Origin: Candidatus Thalassarchaeaceae archaeon
Lineage (GTDB): Archaea; Thermoplasmatota; Poseidoniia; MGIII; CG-Epi1
Length of the DNA: 64,000 bases
Assembly: GCA_963577905.1 (NCBI GenBank)
Contig: CAUYZR010000001.1
Location: 66-64,065 of the forward strand
Reading direction: 5' to 3'
Under the pieces are notes generated by a model. The model searched no databases. It worked only from the letters and a program-made list of their open reading frames with translations, and was not told where the DNA came from. Position 1 is the first letter of the stretch, and each line of letters opens with the position of its first letter. The translations under genes were made by a program, and so were the position numbers. Shown here piece after piece: positions 47,174 through 57,578 of the stretch.

Positions 47174-47805
47174 TGGAACAACTCTGGATTTATTGTGAGA
47201 TGTGTGAGGAGGAGAGTTCTCATGAGATTCTCAAAAGTAAGACCTCCACTAGGCGCGGTTTCAGTTTTCAGGGAGTTGTCCAGTGCCTTGAATGCAATAC
47301 AACAGGCCATGCAGAAATTAAAGAGGATCCCCCTCTCTCACTGAAATTGCGCCTATCTGATGATAATGAGACCCTCAATAATACTTTAGATGTGGACCGT
47401 GGTGTTCTAATCAGAGTTGGTCAGACTCGACCGCATCCGGATGGCCTCATTCTTATTACTAGCCTTGAATTGGGCAATAAACGCCCGTCACAGGCATTCT
47501 CACAGGAAAGGCCTATTGTATGGGCCAAGAGGGCAACTCATGCTAAAGTTCGTTTTGCAATTCATGAGGGCGAATCCACCAGTTCCTTCAAACAGGAATT
47601 TGAATCCGAGAAAGAATTCTATGTAGGTATGTTGCTACAACTTCAGGGCAGACGTTCTAAAGTCAAAGCGATAAATTTGCTTGGCGGTAAATCCGTAAAA
47701 GTAGCATTTGCTTCAGAGATATCAAGAGTTACGTGCTTTTATTTAGCAGATAATAAGTCAAGGCGCAAGGAATCGAAATCTAATGGAAGAAGAAATCGAA
47801 ATTGA
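47173..47805 (+). CDS. Hypothetical protein with an N-terminal CxxC...CxxC zinc ribbon
   Basis: CEMCEEESSHE...CLECNTTGH. ATGA overlap with the purH stop. Confidence 0.4.
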   Translation: MEQLWIYCEMCEEESSHEILKSKTSTRRGFSFQGVVQCLECNTTGHAEIKEDPPLSLKLRLSDDNETLNNTLDVDRGVLIRVGQTRPHPDGLILITSLELGNKRPSQAFSQERPIVWAKRATHAKVRFAIHEGESTSSFKQEFESEKEFYVGMLLQLQGRRSKVKAINLLGGKSVKVAFASEISRVTCFYLADNKSRRKESKSNGRRNRN

Positions 47806-48988
47806 TCCTGAAATAAAAGATTTGGATAAACCGTCTTCCGACGAAAAGTTGAATACAAGACCGAAGATAATAACAAATTTTGAAATTCTCCAGATAATAT
47901 TTTCTAGAAAAACTGCTCCCCACGCTGTAGCATTGTCTATTTTCTTGATTGTTTTGGGTGTACTTAGCCAGAGTTCCAGTCAATTCTTGGTAGATCTGAT
48001 TCTGATATTGGGATTCGGTTTTTCGGTGGGATATCTCATGACTGCCGTCCTGATGCGTTTTGATTTCGTAAGAAATTTTTCAATAGGGAACTATCGCACC
48101 ATATTGGTAGTTCCGCTCACGTTATCATCGCTAGTGTCTCTGTCAATTTGGTATGTATTTGGTTTTACAGAGTATGGCGATCGTTTGAAGGACCTATTGT
48201 CCTTGGGCTTGGTAGTTATCTTTGTGATCTGGCAGTTTGCCCAAGCTTGGTGGATGCGCGTCCCATTCAAGGAACTGGCTATTAGCCGAATGTCCAAGGT
48301 AGTGAGTAGAGACCAATCTAGTTTTGGGAAATTGGCCAACGTTATTTCTCCTCTCTTCTGGTCAATAATGGGTTTTGGTATATTCTCATTTCTGGAGTCC
48401 CAAGGTACTGATTTCAGTTCCACGTTCAAGATAACGTGGTTTGTGATTATGGCATTTCTAGGTTCAGTAACATTTTACCTTCTTTTCCGTATGAATTCAA
48501 AACACTGGTCAGACCCTATGATATCGGTTTTTTCTGCATACTTTGCTATTGGTTATTGGGGTTTTCTGGCCTATCATGTAGGTGTCATGTTATATTCTCG
48601 TGAGAATCAACCCAGTTTCGTGTTTGATTTGATATTTATGGTCATTACGATTATGCTGGTCATATACTCTCTATCGGCTCAGGCCCTTCGGTCCGAAACA
48701 AGGAATGAAGCGAGTGATAGCAAACCTAGGAGCAATATTTTGAATCGCCATAATGTTATCTTCTATGCAATTTCTTTCACTGCAGCTTATGGTGCAAGTA
48801 GCTTTTTCCTCGCTTCCAAGGGAACCCTGTTCGTGGATAATATCAAAAGTGTGGGTTTCATCTCCCACTTGATAGTAATCGTATCAGGGATATTAGTCTT
48901 ATTACTGGTCAACTATACTGCATTGGTAGGCCGAGGTCTGATTGATCGGGGTTTCGTAGAGTCGATACGTACCCCAAAGGATAATTAG
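47783..48988 (+). CDS. Hypothetical polytopic membrane protein
   Basis: About 10 hydrophobic helices, no motif. Overlaps the upstream gene by 23 nt. Confidence 0.4.
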   Translation: MEEEIEIDPEIKDLDKPSSDEKLNTRPKIITNFEILQIIFSRKTAPHAVALSIFLIVLGVLSQSSSQFLVDLILILGFGFSVGYLMTAVLMRFDFVRNFSIGNYRTILVVPLTLSSLVSLSIWYVFGFTEYGDRLKDLLSLGLVVIFVIWQFAQAWWMRVPFKELAISRMSKVVSRDQSSFGKLANVISPLFWSIMGFGIFSFLESQGTDFSSTFKITWFVIMAFLGSVTFYLLFRMNSKHWSDPMISVFSAYFAIGYWGFLAYHVGVMLYSRENQPSFVFDLIFMVITIMLVIYSLSAQALRSETRNEASDSKPRSNILNRHNVIFYAISFTAAYGASSFFLASKGTLFVDNIKSVGFISHLIVIVSGILVLLLVNYTALVGRGLIDRGFVESIRTPKDN

Positions 48989-49008
48989 TATATTCGAATT
49001 AACAAATC

Positions 49009-49236
49009 ATGAATTGGTTGGGATTGTTCACTTTGAGTTCCGCCACAGACCCTGAGTTGGCACCTCATGCCTATCTGCTTTATCTTTTGCTTTGGACATT
49101 TTTTGTTGGTTTGTTTGTTTTATTCTTATTTCCAGTTATAGGTAAAACTCTTGGGTTCATAGTAATAACTATTCTGATATTGGTTTTTGTGTCAATGATC
49201 GTATATTTCCATAAAACCGGTCTTTTTGCAGATTAG
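49009..49236 (+). CDS. Small membrane protein (2 TM)
   Basis: 75-aa hydrophobic ORF. Confidence 0.3.
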   Translation: MNWLGLFTLSSATDPELAPHAYLLYLLLWTFFVGLFVLFLFPVIGKTLGFIVITILILVFVSMIVYFHKTGLFAD

Positions 49237-49662
49237 TTAATAAGTTATTTCAGTTCTATTTCCAAATCCTTTAGTATTGTCTATGAGTCTCGCCCATGTT
49301 ATTCTGAATTCGTACAAATTCACTTTTTCCAATGCTTTTGATAATTCCTCATTGGTTCTTATGTAGGGATATTTTCTGAGGTAATTTTCCCAGTATTTTT
49401 CGTTGGCCTGATTTAGTTCACCTTTAAGCTGTAATCCTTTGATTTCTTTCCATTCCAGTCCATCGTCCTGTATAGTTGCGGCACACATCTTGTTTATTTC
49501 TAAGTTCTTGATGTGATCAGATTCAGGACTGCTAATGAATACAAGTGAAGTTGATTTCTTGATGATTGCATAGAATACGGCTGCAGCCCCAGTTCCACCC
49601 TTGCCATGGGTGGCTAGAGTCATGGTATTGTGATTCTCCATAAATTCGGGGATATCATCCAT
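49237..49662 (-). CDS. Pyridoxamine 5'-phosphate oxidase-like FMN-binding split-barrel protein
   Basis: NTMTLATHGKGGTGAAAVFYAI pattern, 141 aa. Confidence 0.55.
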   Translation of the reverse strand: MDDIPEFMENHNTMTLATHGKGGTGAAAVFYAIIKKSTSLVFISSPESDHIKNLEINKMCAATIQDDGLEWKEIKGLQLKGELNQANEKYWENYLRKYPYIRTNEELSKALEKVNLYEFRITWARLIDNTKGFGNRTEITY

Positions 49663-49735
49663 TATACAATCGACATTAGGCTTAAGTTTATAATATAGTC
49701 CGTGTGGCGCCTCATTCCCGTCGAGGTTTATTCAC

Positions 49736-50188
49736 GTGACAACACATTATGACGTACCCGGAGAGCACTTGGTTGGCGCGCTTGCCAACAGCCTAAAGAG
49801 CGTGGATGCTATTCAACCTCCCGATTGGTCAAATTTTGTCAAGACTTCAATGCATAAGGAACAATCACCAACACAGCCAGACTGGTGGTATTTCCGGACT
49901 GCCTCAGTTCTTAGAAAGATTGGTGTTAATGGCCCCATTGGGACAGAACGTTTATCCCGTCACTATTCAGGAGCCCATGATAGAGGTTCTAAGCCCAATC
50001 GAAGCAGTAATGGAAGTCGAAAGGTGCTTAGATTAATAATGCAACAACTCGAGATTGCAGGTTTCATAGCAAAATCGAAAAAGAGCGGCCGGCGTTTAAC
50101 ACCCAAAGGGCAGTCTGTGTTAGATAATACAGCCTTTGTTGTCAAGAAGAAACTGGAAAAGGAGATGAGTTCACTCAAAAAATACTAA
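49736..50188 (+). CDS. rps19e: Ribosomal protein S19e
   Basis: [29 protein letters not shown] and [14 protein letters not shown] blocks. Confidence 0.85.
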   Translation: MTTHYDVPGEHLVGALANSLKSVDAIQPPDWSNFVKTSMHKEQSPTQPDWWYFRTASVLRKIGVNGPIGTERLSRHYSGAHDRGSKPNRSSNGSRKVLRLIMQQLEIAGFIAKSKKSGRRLTPKGQSVLDNTAFVVKKKLEKEMSSLKKY

Positions 50189-50343
50189 TGTCAAGTAGGA
50201 AAGCTTATGCCCGTAAATTACGCTTGAATAGATTAGTTAAACGTAATCGCAGAGTCCCAGCCTGGGTGATTCAGAGAACCAACAGGAGATTCACTAACCA
50301 TCCTAAACGCCACTTCTGGCGTCGTGGTAAACTTCACAGGTGA
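50188..50343 (+). CDS. rpl39e: Ribosomal protein L39e (51 aa, below the ORF-track length cut-off)
   Basis: Hand translation gives [51 protein letters not shown], the L39e consensus (KKLRLAKA..NRRVP.WV..KTNRR...HPKRR.WRR.KL). TAATG overlap with rps19e. Confidence 0.8.
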   Translation: MSSRKAYARKLRLNRLVKRNRRVPAWVIQRTNRRFTNHPKRHFWRRGKLHR

Positions 50344-50348
50344 TATGA

Positions 50349-50675
50349 ATGGTTGACGATGAATTAATGCTGGAAAGGTTGTACACAATTCCATTGCGCA
50401 AGCTTCACAAGGTTCCACGCACTCGTAGAGCTCCTGTAGCAATAAGAATGGTTGAGGATTTCATAACTAGGCACATGAAACCCGAAAGAGATGGTGAGAT
50501 ATTGACAACCACATCTGAGGCCCGTAGGGGAAGTGGTGAGGAGAAGCAGCTGTTTATCGATCCACCTGTAAATCAATATATCTGGTCTCGTGGAATCGAA
50601 AAACCACCTTCAAAGGTTCGCGTAAGAGCTTTGAAATTTGAAGATGGTAGCGTAGTGGTACACCTCGCCGAATAA
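50349..50675 (+). CDS. rpl31e: Ribosomal protein L31e
   Basis: YTIPLRK...RTRRAPVAIRMVEDFITRHMK pattern, 108 aa. Confidence 0.85.
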   Translation: MVDDELMLERLYTIPLRKLHKVPRTRRAPVAIRMVEDFITRHMKPERDGEILTTTSEARRGSGEEKQLFIDPPVNQYIWSRGIEKPPSKVRVRALKFEDGSVVVHLAE

Positions 50676-50679
50676 CCCC

Positions 50680-51357
50680 ATGGCCTTACTTCAAAGGGAT
50701 CTTTTCAATAGTCCTTATGTGGGTGTTTTTTGCACTACTAATGAGGTTCTGACCTTGATACCTCCAGGCATACCTAAGGATGATGTAGAGGCTATTTCTG
50801 GTGCTTTAGGGACCACAGTTGAACCTGTCACTATAGGTGGTAGTCGTGTGGTGGGAACTCTAGTGGCTATGAATGGTCATGGATTACTGGTTTCAAACAT
50901 AGCGACATCTCGTGAAATTGAAAAATTAGAGAAGTTAGCTTCTGATTTTAATTTACGACTGGGAGTAATATCTGATCGTTCCAATGCAATAGGAAACAAT
51001 TTTCTGGTCAATGACAGTGGAGGGTTCTGCAATGAGAGGCTGGGCTCCCAAACAAGAGAATTAGCACAAGAGATTCTTGGAGTAGAAATAACACCTAAAT
51101 CATTGAATCAGATGGATACCTTGGGCATGATTTGCTGTGTGACTAACAAGGGAGGGCTTTGCCATCCTGACATAGAAGCCCAAGATCGGGAAAGGATGGA
51201 AAGAAGTCTAGCTGTTCCTATTATGGAGGGAACTGTAAACTTCGGTATGCCCTTGGTAGGCGCTGGGGTTGTAGCCTCATCGAAAGGGGCAGTCTGTGGT
51301 AGGCAAAGTACAGGTGTAGAATTGGGTAGAGTTGAAGAGGCCCTCAGTCTTTTTTAA
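50680..51357 (+). CDS. eif6: Translation initiation factor 6 (aIF6)
   Basis: Pentein-repeat protein, 225 aa, immediately after L31e in the conserved archaeal S19e-L39e-L31e-aIF6 order. Confidence 0.8.
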   Translation: MALLQRDLFNSPYVGVFCTTNEVLTLIPPGIPKDDVEAISGALGTTVEPVTIGGSRVVGTLVAMNGHGLLVSNIATSREIEKLEKLASDFNLRLGVISDRSNAIGNNFLVNDSGGFCNERLGSQTRELAQEILGVEITPKSLNQMDTLGMICCVTNKGGLCHPDIEAQDRERMERSLAVPIMEGTVNFGMPLVGAGVVASSKGAVCGRQSTGVELGRVEEALSLF

Positions 51358-51868
51358 GCTTAGAAAGAATACTTGTTACAGCCCCAATCTCCGTATCCAA
51401 TCCAAGTTTGATTTTCTTACTGGTAATATCAAGATGATAATTGGAGTTTGACATTATTCCCTTTGTAATTTGGTTCCGATGTTCGTCACAACCAAATACC
51501 AAGGCAATTTTCTCGTTCTTGGCCAAGGTTGCAATATTGTGGTAATTCTTTGATTTGACCTTATCTGGTTCAGACGTACAAATTACAATAGTTCCTACAT
51601 TCTCCGGTAAAGGTAATTTTGTAATTTGCACCCATCCTTTTTTTGCCAATTCGATGAATCTTTGCCCCCCTTTTCCAATGCTAGTCGAGGGGGCCATTTT
51701 TTTAGCAAATTCAGTAGGTGAATCCCTTATTCCAAAATTGGCCAAGGTTAGGTGTAAATCATACGCGATACAGAGAGGTACAACTCTAGCAATCCATCGT
51801 CGATGAATCTCACTTATTTCATCACTTTTTCTAGTGTTTAACAGTACTACGTTTAGGGGTGGTGTCAC
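51344..51868 (-). CDS. SPOUT-superfamily RNA methyltransferase-like protein (aTrm56-like by size)
   Basis: About 174 aa with a C-terminal knot-like GxDTEIGAVTSIL segment. Weak. Confidence 0.3.
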   Translation of the reverse strand: MTPPLNVVLLNTRKSDEISEIHRRWIARVVPLCIAYDLHLTLANFGIRDSPTEFAKKMAPSTSIGKGGQRFIELAKKGWVQITKLPLPENVGTIVICTSEPDKVKSKNYHNIATLAKNEKIALVFGCDEHRNQITKGIMSNSNYHLDITSKKIKLGLDTEIGAVTSILSKLKKD

Positions 51869-51938
51869 TATGCCGTTAGGGGAGTCCCTTTTAAGGGGGT
51901 ATATTCATACGCTTTAGTATTAATTTGAGGGTAAAATC

Positions 51939-54524
51939 TTGACAGAAGAAACTACAGATACAATTCTAAAAATTAGCATAGAGAAGGAGATGCGTAAGTC
52001 CTATTTGGATTATGCGATGTCAGTTATTGTAGGGCGTGCGCTACCTGATGCTAGGGATGGCCTCAAACCAGTGCATCGCAGAGTTCTCTATGCCATGAAA
52101 GAGATGGGTTCAGGGTCTCGTTCAGCCTATAAGAAATCAGCTAGGATTGTTGGAGATACCATGGGAAAATATCACCCCCATGGAGATCAGTCCATTTACG
52201 ATACGATGGTACGGATGGCTCAGGATTTTTCACTACGTTACCCACTGGTAGATGGTCAAGGCAATTTCGGTTCTGTTGATGGTGATAAAGCGGCAGCCAT
52301 GCGTTATACTGAGTCACGTCTGGCTTTGATCGCAGATTCAGTTCTATCGGACATTGATGAAGGTACGGTTAACTTTAGGGAGAATTATGACGGTTCATTA
52401 CAAGAGCCGACCGTTCTTCCAGGTCTGCTTCCAGGTCTTTTGGTCAATGGTTCATCAGGTATAGCAGTAGGTATGGCTACCAATATGGCACCGCACAATC
52501 TGTCTGAAATTATTGCTGCTTTAAATCTGTTAATTGAGAACTCTAGAATTCCACTCGCTGAGATAATGGCCGTCCTTCCAGGTCCCGACTTTCCCACAGG
52601 AGGTACAATAATGGGGCGCAAGGGAATTTTTGATGCGTATACTGTTGGTCAGGGATCGGTTAAGATGAGAGCAAAGATAATTCATGAATCTGATGATAAA
52701 AATGAATATCTAATAGTTACAGAGCTTCCTTTCATGGTTCAGAAGAATCGTCTTTTGGAAGAGATTTCCAAGATGATACGTGACAAGAAAATAGAAGGTA
52801 TCCGGGATATCCGGGACGAGTCTGATCAAAAAGGGATGCGTGTTGTATTCGAGTTGAAGCGAGACTCTTCACCTATGATTGTTGAGAATCAACTGTACAA
52901 ACATTCAGTTCTTGAGACAAGTTTTGCGATAAATAATGTAGCTTTGGTTAAGGGCCAACCTAAACGCATGAATCTGATTGAACTTTTGAAGGTTTATTTG
53001 ACCCATCGTCGGGAAATTGTCACCAGACGTACTAAATATCGATTAAAGAAGGCAGAGGACAGAGCTCACATTGTGGAAGGTTTATTGCTAGCCATATCGA
53101 AAATGGATAAGGTGATAGCATTTATCAGAGGTGCGGCAGGTCGAGACGCAGTTATAGATGGTCTACAGAAGAAGTTCTCACTGAGCAAAATCCAATCCAA
53201 AGCAATTGCAGATATGCGACTTTATCAACTATCACAGCAGGATGCAGATGAAAGAAGGAAAGAATTAGAGGATCTCAAAAATACAATGGCTGAGCTGAAA
53301 TCAATTTTGGATGATCGTGACAAGGTAATGTCTATAATCAAGGAAGAGCTACAGCAGTTGGACGAGAAACATGGTGATGCGCGAAGGTCAGTCATATCTG
53401 ATTTCGATGGAGATTTGAATACAGAGGATCTCATTCCTCGTTCTCAAGTGGTTGTAATGCGTACCTTTGAGGGGTACATTAAACGTGTTGGTCTGGATGA
53501 GTATCAGGCCCAGCATAGGGGAGGCAAGGGTAGAATAGGAATCAAAGCCAAGGAAGGGGATTTCCCCGTCGAATTGTATTCTATGGGTTCACATGACTAT
53601 ATTTTGTTCTTTACCACGGCAGGCAGTATGTATTTCCTGAAGGCTTGGCAAATTCCAGATGTATCTCGTTACTCCAAGGGAACGCCATTGGTCCAGTTAC
53701 TTCAGAAATTGGATGAAGGACGTAAAGAAAAGGACGAGAAAGTACTATGTATGCTACCAGTTGCTAACATTAGTGGCGATGGTCACTATTTCTTGTTTGC
53801 AACTAAGAAGGGAATTATCAAGAAGACACGCCTAGAGGAATATTCGTCCAGAATTAAACGAGCTTGGGCCAGTGATCAGGGCTTCCGAGCTATTACTCTC
53901 AAGGATAAGGATGAATTAAGAGGAGTTGCTATTTCAGAGGGCGATAGTCAGGTTATGCTTGCAAGCAAAGGAGGTATGGCCAATCGTTTTTCGGAAGGTG
54001 AAGTAAGAATAGTGGGCCGTAATGGTCAAGGTGTTATTGGAATGCGTCTGAAGGATAAGGATGAGGTTATTGGCATGGCCTTAGTAGATGATGATGAGAT
54101 TCTGTTAACTATAACAGAGAAAGGATATGGTAAGAGAGCCAATGCAGATAATTACCGATTAACTAGGCGTGGTGCCAAGGGAGTTCTCAATATCAAAGTC
54201 GACGAAAAGAGTGGATATGTTGTCGCCATTATGACGCCTGGTGACGCTAATCAGATTTTGGCAACTACCTCTTCTGGAAAAGTTATTCGCACCCATGTTG
54301 ATACTATAAGACTGATTGCGCGTTTTGGCCGTGGTGTAAAAGTGATGGCAGTTGATGATGATGAGACTGTTGTCGCTGTAGCCCTGCATAATGAAGATGA
54401 TGAGGAGAGGAATGTCGACCCTCATAGCAATGGAGAAGTGTGCTCAGAATGCAAATCTGGAAAACTGGTCCTTGATGACGGAAAATATGTGTGCGGTACA
54501 TGTGGATTGATTAAGGATGCGTGA
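51939..54524 (+). CDS. gyrA: DNA gyrase subunit A with a C-terminal CxxC...CxxC zinc ribbon
   Basis: [37 protein letters not shown], active-site Tyr region ([11 protein letters not shown]), beta-pinwheel C-terminal domain. C-terminal [22 protein letters not shown]. Confidence 0.9.
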   Translation: MTEETTDTILKISIEKEMRKSYLDYAMSVIVGRALPDARDGLKPVHRRVLYAMKEMGSGSRSAYKKSARIVGDTMGKYHPHGDQSIYDTMVRMAQDFSLRYPLVDGQGNFGSVDGDKAAAMRYTESRLALIADSVLSDIDEGTVNFRENYDGSLQEPTVLPGLLPGLLVNGSSGIAVGMATNMAPHNLSEIIAALNLLIENSRIPLAEIMAVLPGPDFPTGGTIMGRKGIFDAYTVGQGSVKMRAKIIHESDDKNEYLIVTELPFMVQKNRLLEEISKMIRDKKIEGIRDIRDESDQKGMRVVFELKRDSSPMIVENQLYKHSVLETSFAINNVALVKGQPKRMNLIELLKVYLTHRREIVTRRTKYRLKKAEDRAHIVEGLLLAISKMDKVIAFIRGAAGRDAVIDGLQKKFSLSKIQSKAIADMRLYQLSQQDADERRKELEDLKNTMAELKSILDDRDKVMSIIKEELQQLDEKHGDARRSVISDFDGDLNTEDLIPRSQVVVMRTFEGYIKRVGLDEYQAQHRGGKGRIGIKAKEGDFPVELYSMGSHDYILFFTTAGSMYFLKAWQIPDVSRYSKGTPLVQLLQKLDEGRKEKDEKVLCMLPVANISGDGHYFLFATKKGIIKKTRLEEYSSRIKRAWASDQGFRAITLKDKDELRGVAISEGDSQVMLASKGGMANRFSEGEVRIVGRNGQGVIGMRLKDKDEVIGMALVDDDEILLTITEKGYGKRANADNYRLTRRGAKGVLNIKVDEKSGYVVAIMTPGDANQILATTSSGKVIRTHVDTIRLIARFGRGVKVMAVDDDETVVAVALHNEDDEERNVDPHSNGEVCSECKSGKLVLDDGKYVCGTCGLIKDA

Positions 54525-55446
54525 GAACCCAGTAGACGATATTGCTATTGATTCCAAGACAACGCTTGCCGATTTAAATTCGCAGTTTGCAAAAGCAGGT
54601 GGTTTTGTTGCAGTCAAGGTCGCTACCGCCACATCCATAATTCAGGATATGAATCAAGGAGAATGTACCAAATTTATTTCATTCCCAGCAGACATTATGG
54701 CAACCGGGACCCGAGGCCTGCTTCGACAATTTGTGGAAAGAGGAATGATCGATGTGATTGTCACTACTTGTGGAACTCTAGATCATGACATAGCTAGAGT
54801 ACTGTCCGATTATTATCACGGTGATTTTGTGATGGATGATCAACAATTGAGGAAGGAAGGCGTTAATCGTCTGGGGAATGTTCTGATTCCTGATGAATCG
54901 TATGGAATCCCGATTGAAAACTGGATCCAGCCGATTCTCTCTGAACTTTATAATAAGGACAAGCGCTGGATTCCCTGGAGGATCTGGCATGAGCTTGGAT
55001 TGAGACTAGCAGACGAGGAAAAAGGTTCAGAATCATTGCTGGCAACCTGTGCCAAGAAAGGTATCAAGGTCTTTGTTCCAGGTCCAACAGACGGAGCAGT
55101 CGGTTCACAACTCTGGATGTTCTGGCAAACTCACAAGGATTTTACTTTAGATATTTTAGCCGAAGAGCATGAACTCTCAGATATTGTACACGAAGCTGAT
55201 TCAACAGGTGCAATAATAGTTGGAGGCGGAATCTCCAAACATCATACGATCTGGTGGAATCAATTCCGAAACGGTCTAGATTATGCAGTCCAAGTCACTA
55301 CAGCTCCCGAATGGGATGGTTCTCTCAGTGGTGCCCGTGTGCGTGAAGCAGTTTCCTGGGGCAAGGTACAACCTAAAGCAAGACGCATAACAGTCGAGGG
55401 AGATGCTACGGTGCTGCTACCCTTGATTCTGGGTCCATTATTATGA
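54517..55446 (+). CDS. dys: Deoxyhypusine synthase
   Basis: DHS blocks [31 protein letters not shown] and [10 protein letters not shown]. Overlaps the gyrA end by 8 nt. Confidence 0.85.
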   Translation: MRENPVDDIAIDSKTTLADLNSQFAKAGGFVAVKVATATSIIQDMNQGECTKFISFPADIMATGTRGLLRQFVERGMIDVIVTTCGTLDHDIARVLSDYYHGDFVMDDQQLRKEGVNRLGNVLIPDESYGIPIENWIQPILSELYNKDKRWIPWRIWHELGLRLADEEKGSESLLATCAKKGIKVFVPGPTDGAVGSQLWMFWQTHKDFTLDILAEEHELSDIVHEADSTGAIIVGGGISKHHTIWWNQFRNGLDYAVQVTTAPEWDGSLSGARVREAVSWGKVQPKARRITVEGDATVLLPLILGPLL

Positions 55447-56204
55447 GAGCTATAGTCCGTGGGATACCCTCTTCTTATGAGAAAGGGCTGGCAAAATATT
55501 TCGGCACTGGTCCTACAGACATAGAAGAGGCCAGGTCCCAGCACAAATCCTATGTTGCTAAGCTCATGGAGCTTGGAGTTACAGTTAAGGAAATAGAACC
55601 ACATGATTCCTATCCAGATTGCTGTTTTGTAGAGGATCATGCTGTTGTCGCGGGTGATTCGGCCTTGATTACGAATACCGGCCATGATAGCCGACTCGGA
55701 GAGAAGGCAGCAGTCCAAGGCGCCTTGGAAGAGGATTTAAACCTAGTTTTCATGGAGTCTGAGGCTAGAATGGATGGTGGCGACGTCCTTCAGTTTGGTA
55801 ATCAATTTCTGGTTGGTAACAGTACTAGGACCAATGAGGCTGGAATTCAGTGTCTGAAGGATTTTGTTGAAGCCCGCGGTTTTATGATGTATGTAATTCA
55901 GGTCCCTAGTAATTCATTGCATCTGATTTCAATTTGTACTTCTCCTATTCCTGAAGTTCTACTGGCACCTAAAGGCTGGTTCACTCGATCTGATTTTCCA
56001 TCCGATGCTGAAATTCTCTGGATTCCTGATAAGGAAGCCTATGCAGCAAATGTATTGTCATTTGGGAAGGATGTAATGGTTGCAGCTGGTTATCCTCATA
56101 CTTCTCGATTGCTGGAAAATAAAGATTTGACCTTGCATTCCATGGAGATGTCCCAATTCAAGGCTGCAGATGGGTCTCTTACTTGTCTTTCAGTCTTGTA
56201 TTAA
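55443..56204 (+). CDS. DDAH-family amidinohydrolase (guanidino-group-modifying enzyme superfamily)
   Basis: Collinear with DDAH: YPDCCFVEDHAVV, GNSTRTNEAGIQ, KEAYAANVL...AAGYPHT, and C-terminal catalytic Cys DGSLTCLSV. 4-nt overlap with dys. Confidence 0.7.
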   Translation: MRAIVRGIPSSYEKGLAKYFGTGPTDIEEARSQHKSYVAKLMELGVTVKEIEPHDSYPDCCFVEDHAVVAGDSALITNTGHDSRLGEKAAVQGALEEDLNLVFMESEARMDGGDVLQFGNQFLVGNSTRTNEAGIQCLKDFVEARGFMMYVIQVPSNSLHLISICTSPIPEVLLAPKGWFTRSDFPSDAEILWIPDKEAYAANVLSFGKDVMVAAGYPHTSRLLENKDLTLHSMEMSQFKAADGSLTCLSVLY

Positions 56205-56237
56205 TAACTATAATTCTTAATACAATATCCTAATTGA

Positions 56238-57578
56238 TTGAGCCTTATGGTAGTGATTGATAGTCCTGCAAAGATAGAGAATGCTTCGGGAAGGTTGGGG
56301 GTTCTGATGCCAGGTCTTGGAGCTGTAAGCACTACTTTCATTGCAGGGACATTAGCCATTCGAAATGGCCTGTCCAGACCGATAGGTTCATTGACTCAAA
56401 TGGGTTCTTTGCGGCTTGGAAAAAGAACCGAAAAGCGCGAAGTCGATATCAAGGATTTTGTTCCTTTAGCCAATCTCGATGATCTGGTTTTTGGAGGTTG
56501 GGATATATTCGAGGATAATTGCTATGAAGCGGCCGTCAAGGCCGGTGTCATCGATGTATCTCTTTTAGATCAAATAAAGCCCGAGTTGTCATCAATAAAA
56601 CCTATGAAGGCGGTTTTCGAGAAGAAATTCGTGAAGAAATTAGATGGCACTTATGTAAAATCAGCCAAAGGCCATCGAAAACGGATAGAAGCTCTCAGGC
56701 AAGATATACGGAATTTTAAGAAAGAAAATAAGGTTGACCGGGTGGTCATGATATGGTGCGGTAGTACGGAAGTCTATCAAGAACCCAAAGATTCAATTTA
56801 CGAGTCGTTTGAGTCATTTGAGAAGGCGTTGGACTCGGATAATCCTTCCATTGCCCCTTCAATTTTGTATGCCTATGCTGCTCTGAAAGAAGGTGTGCCC
56901 TATGCCAATGGAGCTCCTAATCTGTCTGTTGATTTTGATGCAATGTATTCCTTGGCATCCCAGGAGGGGGTACCAATTGCGGGCAAGGATTTCAAAACAG
57001 GTCAGACACTCATGAAGACTATTTTGGCACCAGGTTTCAAGGCTCGTAGGATAGGTATAGATGGTTGGTTCTCGACCAATATTCTGGGAAATAGGGACGG
57101 TGAGGTACTGGACGATCCCGATTCTTTCAAGACCAAGGAAGTATCTAAACTGGGCGTCCTCGAGCAAATACTGGAACCTGAAAAATATCCTGAATTGTAC
57201 GGAGATTTATACCACAAAGTTCGAATAAACTATTATCCCCCTAGAGGAGACAACAAGGAAGGGTGGGACAACATTGACATCAAGGGTTGGTTGGACTATC
57301 CAATGCAGATAAAGGTGAATTTCTTGTGCAGGGACTCAATTCTAGCTGCTCCGTTAGTTCTTGATCTGGCCCTCTTCCTTGATTTATCAAATAGAGCAGG
57401 TATGCACGGTATTCAGGAATGGCTTTCGTTCTATTTCAAGTCACCAATGTGCAATCCGGATTTGTATCCGATACATGATCTGTTCGCACAGAAGGCCAAG
57501 CTGGAGAACACGCTTCGCCATTTAATGGGTGAGACTCTCATTACTCACCTTGGTCTGGATTATTATTACGAGGAATGA
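56238..57578 (+). CDS. myo-Inositol-1-phosphate synthase family protein
   Basis: Archaeal MIPS-like blocks (YANGAPNLSVD, GQTLMKTILAP, LVLDLALFLDL). 446 aa. Confidence 0.6.
   Translation: MSLMVVIDSPAKIENASGRLGVLMPGLGAVSTTFIAGTLAIRNGLSRPIGSLTQMGSLRLGKRTEKREVDIKDFVPLANLDDLVFGGWDIFEDNCYEAAVKAGVIDVSLLDQIKPELSSIKPMKAVFEKKFVKKLDGTYVKSAKGHRKRIEALRQDIRNFKKENKVDRVVMIWCGSTEVYQEPKDSIYESFESFEKALDSDNPSIAPSILYAYAALKEGVPYANGAPNLSVDFDAMYSLASQEGVPIAGKDFKTGQTLMKTILAPGFKARRIGIDGWFSTNILGNRDGEVLDDPDSFKTKEVSKLGVLEQILEPEKYPELYGDLYHKVRINYYPPRGDNKEGWDNIDIKGWLDYPMQIKVNFLCRDSILAAPLVLDLALFLDLSNRAGMHGIQEWLSFYFKSPMCNPDLYPIHDLFAQKAKLENTLRHLMGETLITHLGLDYYYEE

Noticed and set aside
51344-51868. Considered annotating this ORF as aTrm56 (tRNA Cm56 methyltransferase)
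   Set aside because: The match is only by size and a weak C-terminal knot-like segment. The N-terminal region does not match the Trm56 consensus I recall, so it is left as a generic SPOUT-like hypothetical.
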